Positions 36,542-45,462 of a stretch of DNA of 61,647 nt are shown here, piece after piece. How positions within the stretch are numbered: the stretch's first letter is position 1; every line of letters begins with the position of its first letter. Below the pieces are notes generated by a model. The model was not told where the DNA came from, ran no database searches, and saw only the letters and a list, made by a program, of their open reading frames with translations. The stretch is from a virus (lineage: Duplodnaviria > Caudoviricetes), in the IMG/VR virus record IMGVR_UViG_3300024520_000072, positions 1 to 61,647 of that record; one strand, 5' to 3'. The translations under genes and the position numbers were made by a program.

Positions 36542-37681
36542 TTATGCGCCTGCCTCGGTCTCGCTCGCGAGCTGGATCGTCCCGTAGCGGTCCGTTCCGC
36601 CTCCGTCGAGGATGTTGAGGACGATTGTCCCGACCCCGAAGTCATCCGAGCCGAAGGTCAGCGCGTTGTCGTCGATCCGGATTGAGGCGTAGGGGACCGT
36701 CCAGATCATATTGATCCCGACATCCGTGAGGTGCTTGATCGTCGCCATGCCCTCGAAGACGCCGCCGCCCTGGGTGAAGGGCTTCATCGTCGTGTGGGCC
36801 TTCCGGTTGTACTCGTATGCGAGGGAGACCGGCTGGCCTGCCCGCAGCGCTGAGGTCGCATCCGGAGAGGCGAAGGTGTCGAGATTCGGGAAGCGGATCC
36901 GGCCGAGCAGAGGGTCGAGAAGCATGTCCGGGTCTGCCGCGTCGTAGTCCTCGACGAAGGCGTGGGTCGGGGTGTAGGTGACGTTGAGTTGATTCCCGAC
37001 CGGCATGACCTGGGTCATGTCCAGCTCGCCCGAGGCCGCGATGACCCCGTCGTTCACGCCCAGCTCCGTCGCGCCGGCCGAGGTCGTGTCCACGATCGAG
37101 AAGGTCCGGACCAGAACGCCCGTCGCCGTAACGGTCTCGGTCGCCGCCGTGACGTCTCCGAACAGGAGGACCTTATAGGCGAGCTGGTAGTCGCCCGGCG
37201 TGTCGCCCGTCCCGTCTCCCACGATGACCTCGGTGATCTCCTGAGAGGTCAGGGTCAGGTTCGCGTCCGTGTCGTCGACGTCCCCATTGACCAGAGGGAC
37301 GAAGGTCCGCGCGGCGTCGGTCCCGACCGGGATCGTGATCTGTTCGGCGGCCACGGCGGAGGCGGCGTCTGCGACGACGTCCGTCAGGCTCGCAGCCCCG
37401 AAGATGTACTGGGCGACGTCCTTCCTGAAGTTGAAGGTCGAGAGATTGAAGCTCGGCTCCAGCGACGAGAGAAGCTCTCGGTTGACGGAGATCGTCCCAG
37501 GAGAGCCGTCGGGCAGCGTGAGGAGATTGACCTCCTTCGCCATCTCCTGGCCAGAGAGGATTCCGACGTCGACCGGAGTCCCGAGGACGCCATCGACTCG
37601 GGGCGTGAACTCGACCTTCGAGAACCCGAGGAGCAGATTGTCCCGGCTGAAGGTGTCCGGCGATCGGGCTTCCATCGGCAT
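36542..37681 (-). CDS. Major tail tube protein
   Basis: Synteny after the terminator; tube-like N- and C-terminal beta segments with an insertion. Confidence 0.75.
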   Translation of the reverse strand: MPMEARSPDTFSRDNLLLGFSKVEFTPRVDGVLGTPVDVGILSGQEMAKEVNLLTLPDGSPGTISVNRELLSSLEPSFNLSTFNFRKDVAQYIFGAASLTDVVADAASAVAAEQITIPVGTDAARTFVPLVNGDVDDTDANLTLTSQEITEVIVGDGTGDTPGDYQLAYKVLLFGDVTAATETVTATGVLVRTFSIVDTTSAGATELGVNDGVIAASGELDMTQVMPVGNQLNVTYTPTHAFVEDYDAADPDMLLDPLLGRIRFPNLDTFASPDATSALRAGQPVSLAYEYNRKAHTTMKPFTQGGGVFEGMATIKHLTDVGINMIWTVPYASIRIDDNALTFGSDDFGVGTIVLNILDGGGTDRYGTIQLASETEAGA

Positions 37682-37706
37682 ATTGTGTTCCCCCTCTGGA
37701 CTGCCC

Positions 37707-38144
37707 TCAGGTTACCACTGAGGCGCGGTCCGTAAAGTAGTTCCAAGTGGCTCCGAGCGTGATCTGGTGCCAGGCCCCATCGTGGCCCTGGTCTGCTGGT
37801 GTTCCGATGCTGTCGAAGTAGACGGTCGCGAGCTTGTAGGCCTCCATGAAGTGGGAGGCCGCGTCCAGCAGGGCGTAGCCGGCGTCGAGGCCCTGGCGGA
37901 GTCGGACGTGAGCCGTGAAGACGATCGGCCCGGTCCTGAAGAAGTTGTTCGGCTCGACGGAGTGGGAGTGGCGACTCTCGAAGCCGCCCCCGAGCCCCCA
38001 CTCGATGAAGGCGTCCTCGTCCGTCGGGACCTTGTCGCGGTCGAAGTCCCGGTTCGGAGAGGCGATCTGGCTCCGGCTCGCCCAGAAGGTGTCGAAGCCG
38101 GTCATGATCTCGTCCTGCATCGCTGTCGTCGAGACGTCGCTCAT
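37707..38144 (-). CDS. Tail terminator (DUF4128-like)
   Basis: PN..F, F.RTG, W.QI motifs; synteny. Confidence 0.65.
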   Translation of the reverse strand: MSDVSTTAMQDEIMTGFDTFWASRSQIASPNRDFDRDKVPTDEDAFIEWGLGGGFESRHSHSVEPNNFFRTGPIVFTAHVRLRQGLDAGYALLDAASHFMEAYKLATVYFDSIGTPADQGHDGAWHQITLGATWNYFTDRASVVT

Positions 38145-38554
38145 AGCTGGACCACCACGAAATACATGAGGAGGGTCCCGCCTGGCTGGACCGGGGTGAC
38201 CGAGATGACCGTGTAGGCCCTCCCGGTGCTATCGACGAGCTGCCACTCCGGCCCCATCTCCTCTGGGACGATCTCCGTCCCGAAGGACGTCACAGTGGGC
38301 GGGACCGTGATGGCCCAGCGTCCCAGGCGGCGCTCGATCGTCGAGAGGGCGGCCGTCGCCTTGTCGAGCGCGATCTGGACGCCAGCGGCCGAGAACGATT
38401 GAGCGGCCGTCTTCGCGGTCGGGCCCTGGTCCTGCTCCCAGGACTTCGCGGCCGCCCGGGACTGTCTGGTGAGAGTGATCGTGGTCCCGAACTGAGGGAT
38501 CAGGACATCCGGGACGGCGGCCTTTAGGGCGGCGTAGTCGAAGCTCGCCGACAT
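38141..38554 (-). CDS. Head closure protein
   Basis: LI..FG..ITL and Y.VISV.PV.PGG..L.Y motifs. Confidence 0.7.
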   Translation of the reverse strand: MSASFDYAALKAAVPDVLIPQFGTTITLTRQSRAAAKSWEQDQGPTAKTAAQSFSAAGVQIALDKATAALSTIERRLGRWAITVPPTVTSFGTEIVPEEMGPEWQLVDSTGRAYTVISVTPVQPGGTLLMYFVVVQL

Positions 38555-38557
38555 GGG

Positions 38558-39055
38558 TCACTCTCCGCCAGCGTCGGGAGTGCCCTCGCCCTCGCTGGTC
38601 GCCTCGTCCTGGGCGGCGCGTTCCTCGCGGATCGACTCCAGGACGTGGAGGAGCTTCTCCTTCCCCCTGGCCTTGTAGGAGCCCTCGCCGTCGGAGATCG
38701 TGTACCAGCCGCCCACGGGACCAGAGACGGAGACGCCCAGCGGAAGCTCGCTCTCATCGTCCTCGGTCGTTGCCGGATCGGTCTTCTCGGGCGCGGGCTC
38801 CACCTGGCCCGTACCGACGTCGGGATCCTCGAAGCCGTGTAGCTCGATCTGGTGAGCCTCCCAGAAGCGCCGGAGCTTCGTGGGGCCCATCTGCTCGATG
38901 ATCTCGGGCGGGACCTCGTCGCCAGGCTCGAACTGTAGCTCCTGAGTCCAGGCGGTCCTCTTGCGGAAGACCATGCGGGCGTCCCTGTCGAACCGCTGTT
39001 TCCAGTGGCGAAGGACCCGGACTCGTCGGGGAGGCTGGCTGGCTTCCGCTGTCAT
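38558..39055 (-). CDS. Hypothetical protein
   Basis: AGGAGG RBS; GGWY motif. Confidence 0.6.
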   Translation of the reverse strand: MTAEASQPPRRVRVLRHWKQRFDRDARMVFRKRTAWTQELQFEPGDEVPPEIIEQMGPTKLRRFWEAHQIELHGFEDPDVGTGQVEPAPEKTDPATTEDDESELPLGVSVSGPVGGWYTISDGEGSYKARGKEKLLHVLESIREERAAQDEATSEGEGTPDAGGE

Positions 39056-39074
39056 CCTGCTCGACCTCCTGGGG

Positions 39075-39512
39075 TCAATCGGCCACGAAGGAGAAGACGA
39101 AGGAGCCGACGCGCGAGGTGTCGGCGGCGGCCGTGAAGTCGACGGTCGCCCGTTCGTTCGTGGTGTCGCCCGAGATGAGCCCGACGTCCCCGTTCGCGTC
39201 GACATAGGCCCCATGGACTTCAGTCGCGGCGGCCACGTTCGCGATAGCGTGCCCGGTCGGGAAGTCGATCCCGAACTCGGTCGCGGCGGCCAGGGTCGGG
39301 TCGACCGTCACGCGACCCGAGACGATCACGACGTCGTCGATCCGCTTGAAGTGGCAGACCCCGACGATCACGGAGGTACAGTTCGTCACGGCGGTCATCG
39401 CGAGCGCCTCTGCCCCTCCGACGTCCTTCGCTACCGAGGCGGCGTCCTGGGCGTCGTCGATCGCGGTCTGATAGATCAGATGTCTCGCGGGGCTGATATT
39501 GTGGATCGCCAT
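39075..39512 (-). CDS. Virion protein, paralog B (possible head fiber)
   Basis: Near-identical blocks to 39532..39972 (AIDxAQDAAS.AKDVGG, FPTGH.IANVAAATEVHG). Confidence 0.85.
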   Translation of the reverse strand: MAIHNISPARHLIYQTAIDDAQDAASVAKDVGGAEALAMTAVTNCTSVIVGVCHFKRIDDVVIVSGRVTVDPTLAAATEFGIDFPTGHAIANVAAATEVHGAYVDANGDVGLISGDTTNERATVDFTAAADTSRVGSFVFSFVAD

Positions 39513-39531
39513 GTGGGCCTGCCTCCCTGAC

Positions 39532-39972
39532 TCAGTCGGCCACGTAGGAGAACGTGAAGTATCCGACGCGCGACGCATCGGCCGCCGCCGTGAAGATGCA
39601 CTCCGCCCGCTCGTTCGATGCGTCGCCGTCGATGACCCCGACGTCCCCGGCTGCGTCCACGTAGGTCCCGTGGACCTCTGTGGCCGCCGCGACGTTCGCG
39701 ATCCCGTGGCCAGTGGGGAAGGCGATCCCGAAGGTCGTCGCCCCAGCCCCCGATGTGTCGACCGTTGCCGCCCCGGAGACAGTCACGGTATCGTCAACGC
39801 GCTGAAAGTGGCAGACGCCGACGATCGTGATCGTGTCGATGTTCCCGACGTCCGTCAGGGCGAGAGCTTCACTACCCCCGACATCCTTCGCGGCGGACGC
39901 TGCGTCCTGGGCGGCGTCGATGGCGTCCTGGGCGGCCCTGTGCTTCGCCGGGTTGAGATTGTGGAGCGCCAT
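39532..39972 (-). CDS. Virion protein, paralog A (possible head fiber)
   Basis: Directly after the MCP; paralog of 39075..39512. Confidence 0.85.
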   Translation of the reverse strand: MALHNLNPAKHRAAQDAIDAAQDAASAAKDVGGSEALALTDVGNIDTITIVGVCHFQRVDDTVTVSGAATVDTSGAGATTFGIAFPTGHGIANVAAATEVHGTYVDAAGDVGVIDGDASNERAECIFTAAADASRVGYFTFSYVAD

Positions 39973-39998
39973 GTGGTCGTCCTCCTCTGCGCCTGCCA

Positions 39999-40029
39999 GG
40001 GCGAGAGAGATTGGGCGTCTCTCCCGCCC
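39999..40029 (-). terminator. Hairpin downstream of the MCP
   Basis: GGGCGGGAGAGA-7nt-TCTCTCTCGCCC; no clear U-tract. Confidence 0.4.
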
Positions 40030-40053
40030 GTCGGGCTGAGTGGCTTGTGGGTG

Positions 40054-41085
40054 CTACTGGACGATTGCTCCGAAGAAGTAGCCGAGGTCTGCCGAGACCA
40101 GCTTGAGGTCGTCACATGACTCGATCTCGACCCGGTCCGCCTTCTTGAGCGGGACGCGCTGCCGAAGGATCCGACTCCCGTCATCCGTCGCGCCGAGGTG
40201 ACCCGTCCAGGAGAACGTGTAGCCGGCGGCCGGCGTCATCCGACCCGGGACAGGCGGGCTATAGCTGAGGAGCGCGTTATTCGACGCGATGAAGGTGTGG
40301 ACGTTCGTCGCCCCCTTCTCGGCCGTGTTCTTGATCGCGTCCATGACGTGGATCTGATTCACCTCGAAGAGCGCGGCCAGCGCCTCCCGGTTCACGAGTG
40401 CCGTCGAGACGGTCTGCCCTCGATCGATCCGGCCCACGATGTCGGGGTGGTCGAGAAGGATGTCGTAGACCGTCCGGGCCAGGGTGAGCTGATTCGGCCG
40501 GAACCCGGTGATCGACTGGACGTAGCGCTTGCCCTGCCGGATGTCCTCAATCGGCGTCGAGGCCGCCAGGTTCCAGTACAGCTTGTCGTTATTCCCGGCG
40601 CTCGTCGGGTCGAAGGACCCAGCGGCCGTCGCGGTCGTGGCGCCGTCGACGTCGAAGGTCCAGGTATCGCCAGGAGCGCCGGCCGTGAAGTAGTCCGTCA
40701 CCCACCGGATCTCGCGGTTGATGAGGTGCTTCAGCGTGACGTAGCGCGTCGCCTCGCTGTCCTGGTCGAGCGGGTCGTCCTGGTTGTCCCGGACCTCGTC
40801 CGCGATGTCCTTGTGGAAGGCCCTGAGATTGCAGAAGTAGGTGGCCTGGTCGATCTCGTAGCCACCCCCAGCCGACTCGGTCGCCGGACCCCGGAGCTGC
40901 ATCTCGTCACGGTTGAAATCGCCGTGATCGTAGGTGAAGTAGATGTTCGAGCGCTTGTCGCTCGGGATGAGCGGGAAGACCTTCCCCGCGACGAAGCTGT
41001 CGTCCTCCTGGATGAAAGCGCTGGAGACGGCCCCGAGCGGCGTGTTGACGTGGACGTCGGATCGCGACGGCTCGATGAACGGCAT
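40054..41085 (-). CDS. Major capsid protein (phage_cap_E-like)
   Basis: F.A.KVFP, W..A.STPI.DI, TG.RPN, L.DHPD, AAGYTF motifs. Confidence 0.9.
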   Translation of the reverse strand: MPFIEPSRSDVHVNTPLGAVSSAFIQEDDSFVAGKVFPLIPSDKRSNIYFTYDHGDFNRDEMQLRGPATESAGGGYEIDQATYFCNLRAFHKDIADEVRDNQDDPLDQDSEATRYVTLKHLINREIRWVTDYFTAGAPGDTWTFDVDGATTATAAGSFDPTSAGNNDKLYWNLAASTPIEDIRQGKRYVQSITGFRPNQLTLARTVYDILLDHPDIVGRIDRGQTVSTALVNREALAALFEVNQIHVMDAIKNTAEKGATNVHTFIASNNALLSYSPPVPGRMTPAAGYTFSWTGHLGATDDGSRILRQRVPLKKADRVEIESCDDLKLVSADLGYFFGAIVQ

Positions 41086-41185
41086 GATTGATTCCCCCCA
41101 AAATGATGATTTGGCTGTGATCGGGCTCGCCGGTCAGGCGACCTCGTCCTCCGTCGGCCTACTGGCCGCTTTCACCTCATTGACT

Positions 41186-41569
41186 CTATGCGCTGTCGCT
41201 GTTGACGGTCCTAACGCTCATGACGATCGGAACGATGTCTCCCGAGATTCCGCCCACCAGAAGGGGACCGACGACCAGATCGCCTCCGATGACCGACGCG
41301 GTGTCGCCGACGCCATCCGTTCCGGCTGAGACCATCAGCCCGCCGGAGATCGTCGCGCCCAGCTCGATTAGACCGACCGAGCCGTCGAAGATGGCGATCG
41401 GAAACTCCCCACCAGACGCCACGGACTCGGCAGCGATTCCCGACGCCAGATCGGTCGGGTCGTCAGTCTTGTCCCACGTCTGGTCGGACTGGGGATCGAC
41501 GAACCGATAGATCACGATCGCCTCACCTGCGAGGCCCGTGATGTTCTCCGTCGCTTCCGAATACGCCAT
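41186..41569 (-). CDS. Capsid decoration protein (DUF2190-like), paralog B
   Basis: AGE.I.IYRFV, GI.AE.VASG, IELGATI. Confidence 0.8.
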   Translation of the reverse strand: MAYSEATENITGLAGEAIVIYRFVDPQSDQTWDKTDDPTDLASGIAAESVASGGEFPIAIFDGSVGLIELGATISGGLMVSAGTDGVGDTASVIGGDLVVGPLLVGGISGDIVPIVMSVRTVNSDSA

Positions 41570-41646
41570 GCCTGGTCTCCCTCTCGGGCAAGTTGCAAAT
41601 CTGGTCGTTCGCGGCCTGGTCGCGCTCCGCCCTTATCTCACGGACT

Positions 41647-42027
41647 CTACGTATCCTCGTTCACGGTCCTGGCGATCATCATAATCGGGACGATCTCTCC
41701 CGAGTCTCCGCCGACCAGGAGAGGGCCGACAAGCAACTCACCCCCCGAGGTCGAGGCGGCCGCCGCTACCCCGTTCGTTCCGGCGGAGACCATGACCGCA
41801 GCCGCGATCGTCGCGCCAAGCTCGATCAGACCGATTGCCCCGTTGAACGTGGCGATCGGGAATTCCACACCGGAGGCCACGGCCTCGGCGGAGATGCCTC
41901 CGACCAGATCGGCCGGGACGTCGGCCATGTCCCACGTCTGGTCGGACTGAGGGTTGACGAAGCGATAGATCGCCATCGTCTCGCCGGCGACGCCCGTGAT
42001 GTTCTTGGTCCCTACGGAATACGCCAT
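41647..42027 (-). CDS. Capsid decoration protein (DUF2190-like), paralog A
   Basis: Paralog of 41186..41569. Confidence 0.8.
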   Translation of the reverse strand: MAYSVGTKNITGVAGETMAIYRFVNPQSDQTWDMADVPADLVGGISAEAVASGVEFPIATFNGAIGLIELGATIAAAVMVSAGTNGVAAAASTSGGELLVGPLLVGGDSGEIVPIMMIARTVNEDT

Positions 42028-42109
42028 GGTCTGGTCTCCCTCTGATCTTCACCCTCTCGGGGCGAGTTGCGAGCTGTGGTCGTTCGCGGTCTCCGTTGCC
42101 TGCCGCGTT

Positions 42110-43267
42110 CTACTGTTTGACGCTCTCCGCGTAGAGGCGCCGGCCTTCGGGCGTCTGGATGACCTTCGCCATCGCGACGTCCTCGCTGACGTTGTTCTCC
42201 CTGGCGTGCGCCTTCGAGAGCTTGTCCAGGTCCGCCTCCGGAGATCCCTCGACGGACTCGGCGGGCAGGCCGCCATGAGCGTCGAAGGCCTTGGAGATGG
42301 CCGTGTTCCCTGCCGTGACCTGCGCCATCGCAGCGTCCCTGGCCGGGCCTTCCGGGATCGTCTCGATCGCCTTCAGGAGCTGGACCGTCTCGGCCTCGGT
42401 CCCGGGCAGGGCGTTCAGGCCGCGGGCCGCCTTCGACAGGCGCTCCCCGGCCACCTCGTCCTCGGCCTTCTCCGCCCGGGCGCGGTCCTCGTCGCTCCGC
42501 TTCGCCAGCGTCAGCATGAGGTCGCCGTCGGACTTCCGGACCTTCACGAGGCCGTCGGTCGACGTGTAGACGACCGGGTCGGCCGCGTCCTTCGCCTTCT
42601 GGATCCGGTCCAGCTCGGCGTCGCGCTCGGTGCTGGACTTGGCCGCGAAGGCGGGCTTCGTGGAATCGTCGAGGGTGTCGAAGTGGGCCTTCTGGGTCGG
42701 CGTGAGCCCGCCGAGGATCGTCTGAAGGTCGGCGCGCGCTTCGGCCTTCTCTGCCCGCGCTTCGGCCTTCTCCAGTCGAGTCTCCAGGGCCTTGAGAGTC
42801 TTGTCGTCGGGCATCTCGGTCTCCTTCCGGACGGGGGTCCTCCCCGTCGTGGGGTGAGCTTTGTTCATCGCGGCGACCAGGGCGGTCGTCACGTCGGTCG
42901 CGTTGACCGTGTGGGTGTGGCTCAGGTTCTCGCCGATCTCGATCGTCCCGGCGGCGGCCAGGATCCAGGGATGGTCGTGGTGAGAGCCGTCCTCGGGATC
43001 GTTATCCCGCTGGAGGGTCGTCTCGCCGGCCGCCCCGTGGAGCCAGAGGATGTGGGTGTGGCCGTTCTCGGCGGAGGTCAGGATCCCTGGCGTGTCGCCC
43101 TTCCAGAGACGGCCGTCGGAGTCCTTCTCGATCTTCTCGCCGTCCTCCGGGTCGTGGCGCTTCATGAGGAGCGCGGTCGCGCCCTCCTGAGTCGGGACCG
43201 GGCAGCCTGCCAGGAAGTCGATCTGGATCTCGTCGAGGACCGTATAGGTCTGCTCTCGCTTCTTCAT
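42110..43267 (-). CDS. Scaffold protein with N-terminal His-repeat region
   Basis: Between protease and decoration/MCP genes; GHTH, HHDH, SHTH repeats; Ala/Glu/Lys-rich C-terminus. Confidence 0.7.
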   Translation of the reverse strand: MKKREQTYTVLDEIQIDFLAGCPVPTQEGATALLMKRHDPEDGEKIEKDSDGRLWKGDTPGILTSAENGHTHILWLHGAAGETTLQRDNDPEDGSHHDHPWILAAAGTIEIGENLSHTHTVNATDVTTALVAAMNKAHPTTGRTPVRKETEMPDDKTLKALETRLEKAEARAEKAEARADLQTILGGLTPTQKAHFDTLDDSTKPAFAAKSSTERDAELDRIQKAKDAADPVVYTSTDGLVKVRKSDGDLMLTLAKRSDEDRARAEKAEDEVAGERLSKAARGLNALPGTEAETVQLLKAIETIPEGPARDAAMAQVTAGNTAISKAFDAHGGLPAESVEGSPEADLDKLSKAHARENNVSEDVAMAKVIQTPEGRRLYAESVKQ

Positions 43268-43680
43268 GCCGCGACCCTCTCGTCGTGAGAGGCGCGGACC
43301 CATCCGCCGATTGAAAACCCTTTGTATTCGCCGGAGACGTACTTCGCGAGGAGGTCGGGCTCGGGGGCGGCGGCGATCATCCAGCCGGTCCGCTCGCAGG
43401 TGATCCCGTAAGCCTTCGCGATCTCAGTCGTGAGGGGAAAGTGGAAGCGAACGACGCCGGCCTGGACCTCGTCGTGGCAGTCGTCCATGGCGCCGGAGTT
43501 GATCGAGAAGTCCAGGGCGCCCTTCAGCATGACCGATTCGGGGATATGCTCGTTCTGGCGGTCGACGTAGGGAGCGCCTGATTCGGTACAGACGACGCCC
43601 CAGCCGAAGACTAGACCGAGGTCGGCGTCGACCTTGGCTAGCTTGCACTCGACCCGGAACTTCGTCCCCTCGTCGGGCAT
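43264..43680 (-). CDS. XkdF-like (peptidase S78_2) prohead protease
   Basis: LVFGW, YVD.Q, TGW.I, GEY.GFSIGG. Confidence 0.85.
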   Translation of the reverse strand: MPDEGTKFRVECKLAKVDADLGLVFGWGVVCTESGAPYVDRQNEHIPESVMLKGALDFSINSGAMDDCHDEVQAGVVRFHFPLTTEIAKAYGITCERTGWMIAAAPEPDLLAKYVSGEYKGFSIGGWVRASHDERVAA

Positions 43681-43762
43681 CGTCCTGGAGCCCCCCAGCT
43701 CCTGGCGGCGTGCAGCTCAGAGAATACAGATCGGATTGAGTCGCGCCACACCCCGAGACGAA

Positions 43763-44824
43763 TCAGGCGGCCTCGACGAACCTGGGCGGAGTCGGGAGGG
43801 GCTGGACGGCGCGGCGGTTCCTGGCGGCGCGCTTCAGCTTGCGGGCCACGACACAGCGACAGTTGACCGTGTCCGAGGCCGGGCCGAGCGGGTCTCCAGG
43901 GAAGCGGAGGTGGTTCCCGTTCCCGGAGATGAAGGGCTCGCCCAGGGGCCTCTTCTGGCCCTCCATGGCGGCGTGAGAGGGCCGGCGCTTCTCGTCCGGG
44001 GCGGTCCTCCAGGTCGACTCGACGTCCTGGGGCTGGACGGCGCCGCTCTCGACGGCCTGGAACCACATCTCGCGCTCTCCGGCGTGGATCGCCGCGACCG
44101 TCTCCGTCCTGGCGATCACGTTCGCGCGAAATTGGACGTAGCGCGCCTGGTAGCGGTCGACCATGCGATCGATCTGAGCCGGCGTCAGGATCCGGTCCCC
44201 CCTCGCCACGGCCCGGAGCGTCGAGTCGAAGCGCCGGTCCCGGAGCTGACGACGCATCGCCTGGTTTATCGCCCCGGCCGTCCCCTGTTCGAGCTGGCGG
44301 CGGAAGTTCACGACATGGCCGGCCTGTTTCCGGGTGAGCCCGATCGACCCCTTCAGAGCGCGGGCCTGCTCGATCGGGGCCAGGCCGCGGTCGAAGGCGT
44401 CCCGGAGTAGGACCTGAGTCGCGGCCCTCTGGTCTCTGGTGAAGTCCGCCACGAGCCGGAGGCGCTCGCGCTGGAGCGTCTCGATTGACCTGGCGTTCAG
44501 GGAGCTGAAGTCGAAGAGGGTGTCCACCTGATCTCGCAGGACGGCGGCCGCGCTGAGCCCGACTGAGGCGTAGACCTGCTCCAGGGAGGACGCGAAGCCC
44601 TCGGCGACGCCCTCCGTCACCACTAGGGCCTCATTGACCCGGCCGGCCTCCAGGAGGACGCCGATCTCCTCCAGGGTCGCCAGGTCCTTCGAGGCATTGA
44701 TGAGCCGCAACCAGCGGCGGCGCATCGCGGGCTCCAGGCGGTCGATGAGGGCGGCGATGTCCGTGAGCTGGAGCAGGGCGGCGTCTGTCGCCGTGACCGA
44801 GACCGGAAGAGCGCCGAAGCTCAC
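43763..44824 (-). CDS. Mu gpF-like head morphogenesis protein
   Basis: RA.VIARTE, W.TA.D...RPSH, PGDP....VNCRC. Confidence 0.9.
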   Translation of the reverse strand: MSFGALPVSVTATDAALLQLTDIAALIDRLEPAMRRRWLRLINASKDLATLEEIGVLLEAGRVNEALVVTEGVAEGFASSLEQVYASVGLSAAAVLRDQVDTLFDFSSLNARSIETLQRERLRLVADFTRDQRAATQVLLRDAFDRGLAPIEQARALKGSIGLTRKQAGHVVNFRRQLEQGTAGAINQAMRRQLRDRRFDSTLRAVARGDRILTPAQIDRMVDRYQARYVQFRANVIARTETVAAIHAGEREMWFQAVESGAVQPQDVESTWRTAPDEKRRPSHAAMEGQKRPLGEPFISGNGNHLRFPGDPLGPASDTVNCRCVVARKLKRAARNRRAVQPLPTPPRFVEAA

Positions 44825-45453
44825 GGGAGCCCGCCGTCGCTATAGCCGAAGTCGTCCGCGTCGTCCGCGAAGGCCGAGACGGCGTCGGTCCCGGAGGTGA
44901 ACGAGAGGACGAGCCCGGAGCGGCCGGCCAGGAACTGTCCGATCAGGTCCATCACGATCCCGGGGTAGGGGTTCGAGCTGCCGAGCGTCGGGGTGAAGTA
45001 TTGAGTCTCCGACGAGACCGTGAGGGCCCCCTCCACGCGCTGGGTGGACTTCTCGACCTTCACGTTCGAGCCCGTCGGATCGGCCGTCTGGACCGTGGCG
45101 TCGTTCAGGAGCGCGAGGGCTAGCTCGAAGTTCCCATCGATCACGTCCTGGGGGATCGAGGCGGAGTCGATCGCGACTCCGTTCTTGTCCGTGAGCCCCG
45201 TCCTCCCCCACTCCAGGGGCTGAGTCCCGGCCGGCTGGCTCACCGGGTCGCTCTTGTCGATCGGGAGCGTGGGGTCCCCCAGCCAGCTCTCGCGCTCGAA
45301 GACGCGGGACGCCGTGACGAGGAGCTGATTCCGGACCGAGGAGTCCGCCGCCAGCCAGGGCGCTCCATGGGAGGCCGCCTTGAAATACTCGTCCGCGGCG
45401 GCCTTGTCCTCGTAGACCGGATGGAACGTGGCGCCGATCTTGATGTTCGGCAT
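44821..45453 (-). CDS. Head-tail connector (DnaT-like)
   Basis: ADEYF, QPLEW.R, IP.DV...FELAL motifs. Confidence 0.7.
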   Translation of the reverse strand: MPNIKIGATFHPVYEDKAAADEYFKAASHGAPWLAADSSVRNQLLVTASRVFERESWLGDPTLPIDKSDPVSQPAGTQPLEWGRTGLTDKNGVAIDSASIPQDVIDGNFELALALLNDATVQTADPTGSNVKVEKSTQRVEGALTVSSETQYFTPTLGSSNPYPGIVMDLIGQFLAGRSGLVLSFTSGTDAVSAFADDADDFGYSDGGLP

Positions 45454-45462
45454 GGCGGCCCC

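Noticed and set aside
21196-42027. Paralog pairs as DGR template/variable repeats
   Set aside because: No reverse transcriptase; both copies are intact ORFs and differences are not adenine-specific by eye
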